A DNA stretch of 64,000 bases. Source: an uncultured bacterium (lineage in GTDB: Bacteria; Acidobacteriota; HRBIN11; JAKEFK01). Below, in pieces: positions 62,821-64,000 of the stretch (its first letter is position 1; each line of letters begins with the position of its first letter). The stretch covers positions 192,001 to 256,000 of the forward strand of contig CAVZQN010000004.1 of NCBI GenBank assembly GCA_963777505.1, given 5' to 3'. The notes beneath the pieces were generated by a model, which ran no database searches, had not been told where the DNA came from, and worked only from the letters and a program-made list of their open reading frames with translations. Position numbers and translations under genes: made by a program.

Positions 62821-64000
62821 ATGAAATACCCGATCTTTGTCCTCTTTCTGTCGTCCCTATTGCTGGCTTTTGGTGTTGCAGAGGCGGCGCAGAATATTTT
62901 GATTGTATCTGTCGATACTTTACGTGCTGATCGCGTTGGTGTTTATGGCTACCAAAAGGGAAAAACTCCGGCAATGGACAGCCTCGCAAAACGGGGTGTC
63001 ATTTTCAAAAACACAGTATCCCCTACGCCTTTTACGCTTCCATCACATATATCTTTGATGACAGGTCTAATTCCTCCTGTCCATGGCGTTCAAGACAATG
63101 GAGGCTTCTATCTCAACAACAACATCGTGACGCTTGCCGAGCTTCTAAAAGCAAAAGGCTACAAAACAGGTGCTTTTGTCGGCGCTTTTCCTCTTGATTC
63201 CCGCTTCGGACTCAATCAAGGTTTCGATTTTTATGATGATGGATACCCCACCACAAACAACATCAACGAAATTACGATGCCCGAAAGGAAAGCGGATGCT
63301 GTTACTGATTCAACGCTTGGCTGGCTGGAAAAACAAAAAAATTCGAATTGGTTTGCGTGGGTTCATTATTATGATCCGCATTTTCCTTATCAAGCATCCG
63401 AAGCTTTCACCAAAATGTTTCCTGAAAATCCATATGACGCTGAAGTTGCATTCAGCTGATAGCCAGATTGCCCGCCTTTTGGATTTCTTAAAAAAGAGCG
63501 GTCAGGAAGAAAAAACACTTGTAATCGTTACTTCGGATCATGGTGAATCGCTTGGTGATCATAAAGAAGAAACACATGGAATTTTCTGCTATGAGAGCAC
63601 TCTTCGAATTCCTTTGATCATGGCTCCTTTCAAGCCGGCGGCTGTAGATACACGAGTTCGTTTGATTGATGTTTTTCCGACAATTGTTGAGTTGACGAAC
63701 CTCAAATCGACAAGCAAAGTACAGGGAAGTTCATTAGTAAAATATCTTGAAGGACAGAAAGGCGGATCACCTCAGGATTCATATTTTGAAGCGCTATCAA
63801 TGTATTTCAATGCTCAATGGGCGCCTGTAAGAGGGTTCTATTCTAAGAATATCAAATATATCGATCTGCCTATTCCTGAGTTGTACGATCTGAGTAAAGA
63901 TCCAAACGAAAAAGAAAATCTTTGTGCAGATTCGAGCCTTTGCAATACATGGGCAGGACGTTTTCAGCTGAATTACAAAGATTTTCTAAAAACTGAAGGC
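62821..64000 (+). CDS. Sulfatase-like (TLPSH) hydrolase/transferase, frameshift near 63455, runs off the window
   Basis: VSVDTLRAD, TPFTLPSH, HYYDPH; after a one-base shift continues ADSQIARLL..VTSDHGE..ELYDL. Confidence 0.87.

Noticed and set aside
63450-63462. In-frame TGA as selenocysteine or readthrough in sulfatase 3
   Set aside because: Followed immediately by TAG; homology continues in the +1 frame, so it is an indel.

Overview
Bacterial genomic DNA, most consistent with an Acidobacteriota-like organism (inferred from VWFA-related proteins, Oar-type TonB receptors, CRTAC1/ASPIC-UnbV and sulfatase-TPR proteins). About 35 genes, one tRNA-Asn and many intergenic REP-like palindromes; no CRISPR, rRNA, transposase or integrase seen. 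Nine genes are split by frameshifts that can all be explained as inserted bases, probably long-read errors. Highlights: (1) a stand-alone single-module NRPS (C*-A-T-TE) fused in frame to its own Sfp-type PPTase, with a non-canonical condensation motif; (2) a ~26 kb envelope locus (37.6-64 kb) with three VWA-like proteins, an Oar-like TonB receptor behind a sigma54-type promoter, three Thr-nucleophile 'sulfatases', three CRTAC1/ASPIC-UnbV proteins, TPR proteins and a membrane-anchored pentaheme cytochrome-TPR; (3) unannotated non-coding elements: a 156-bp inverted-repeat element nested in a REP-like palindrome, a ~228-bp composite repeat in two copies, two matching ECF-type promoters and an RTX-repeat remnant. 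Family calls rest on motif recognition by eye; no searches were run.
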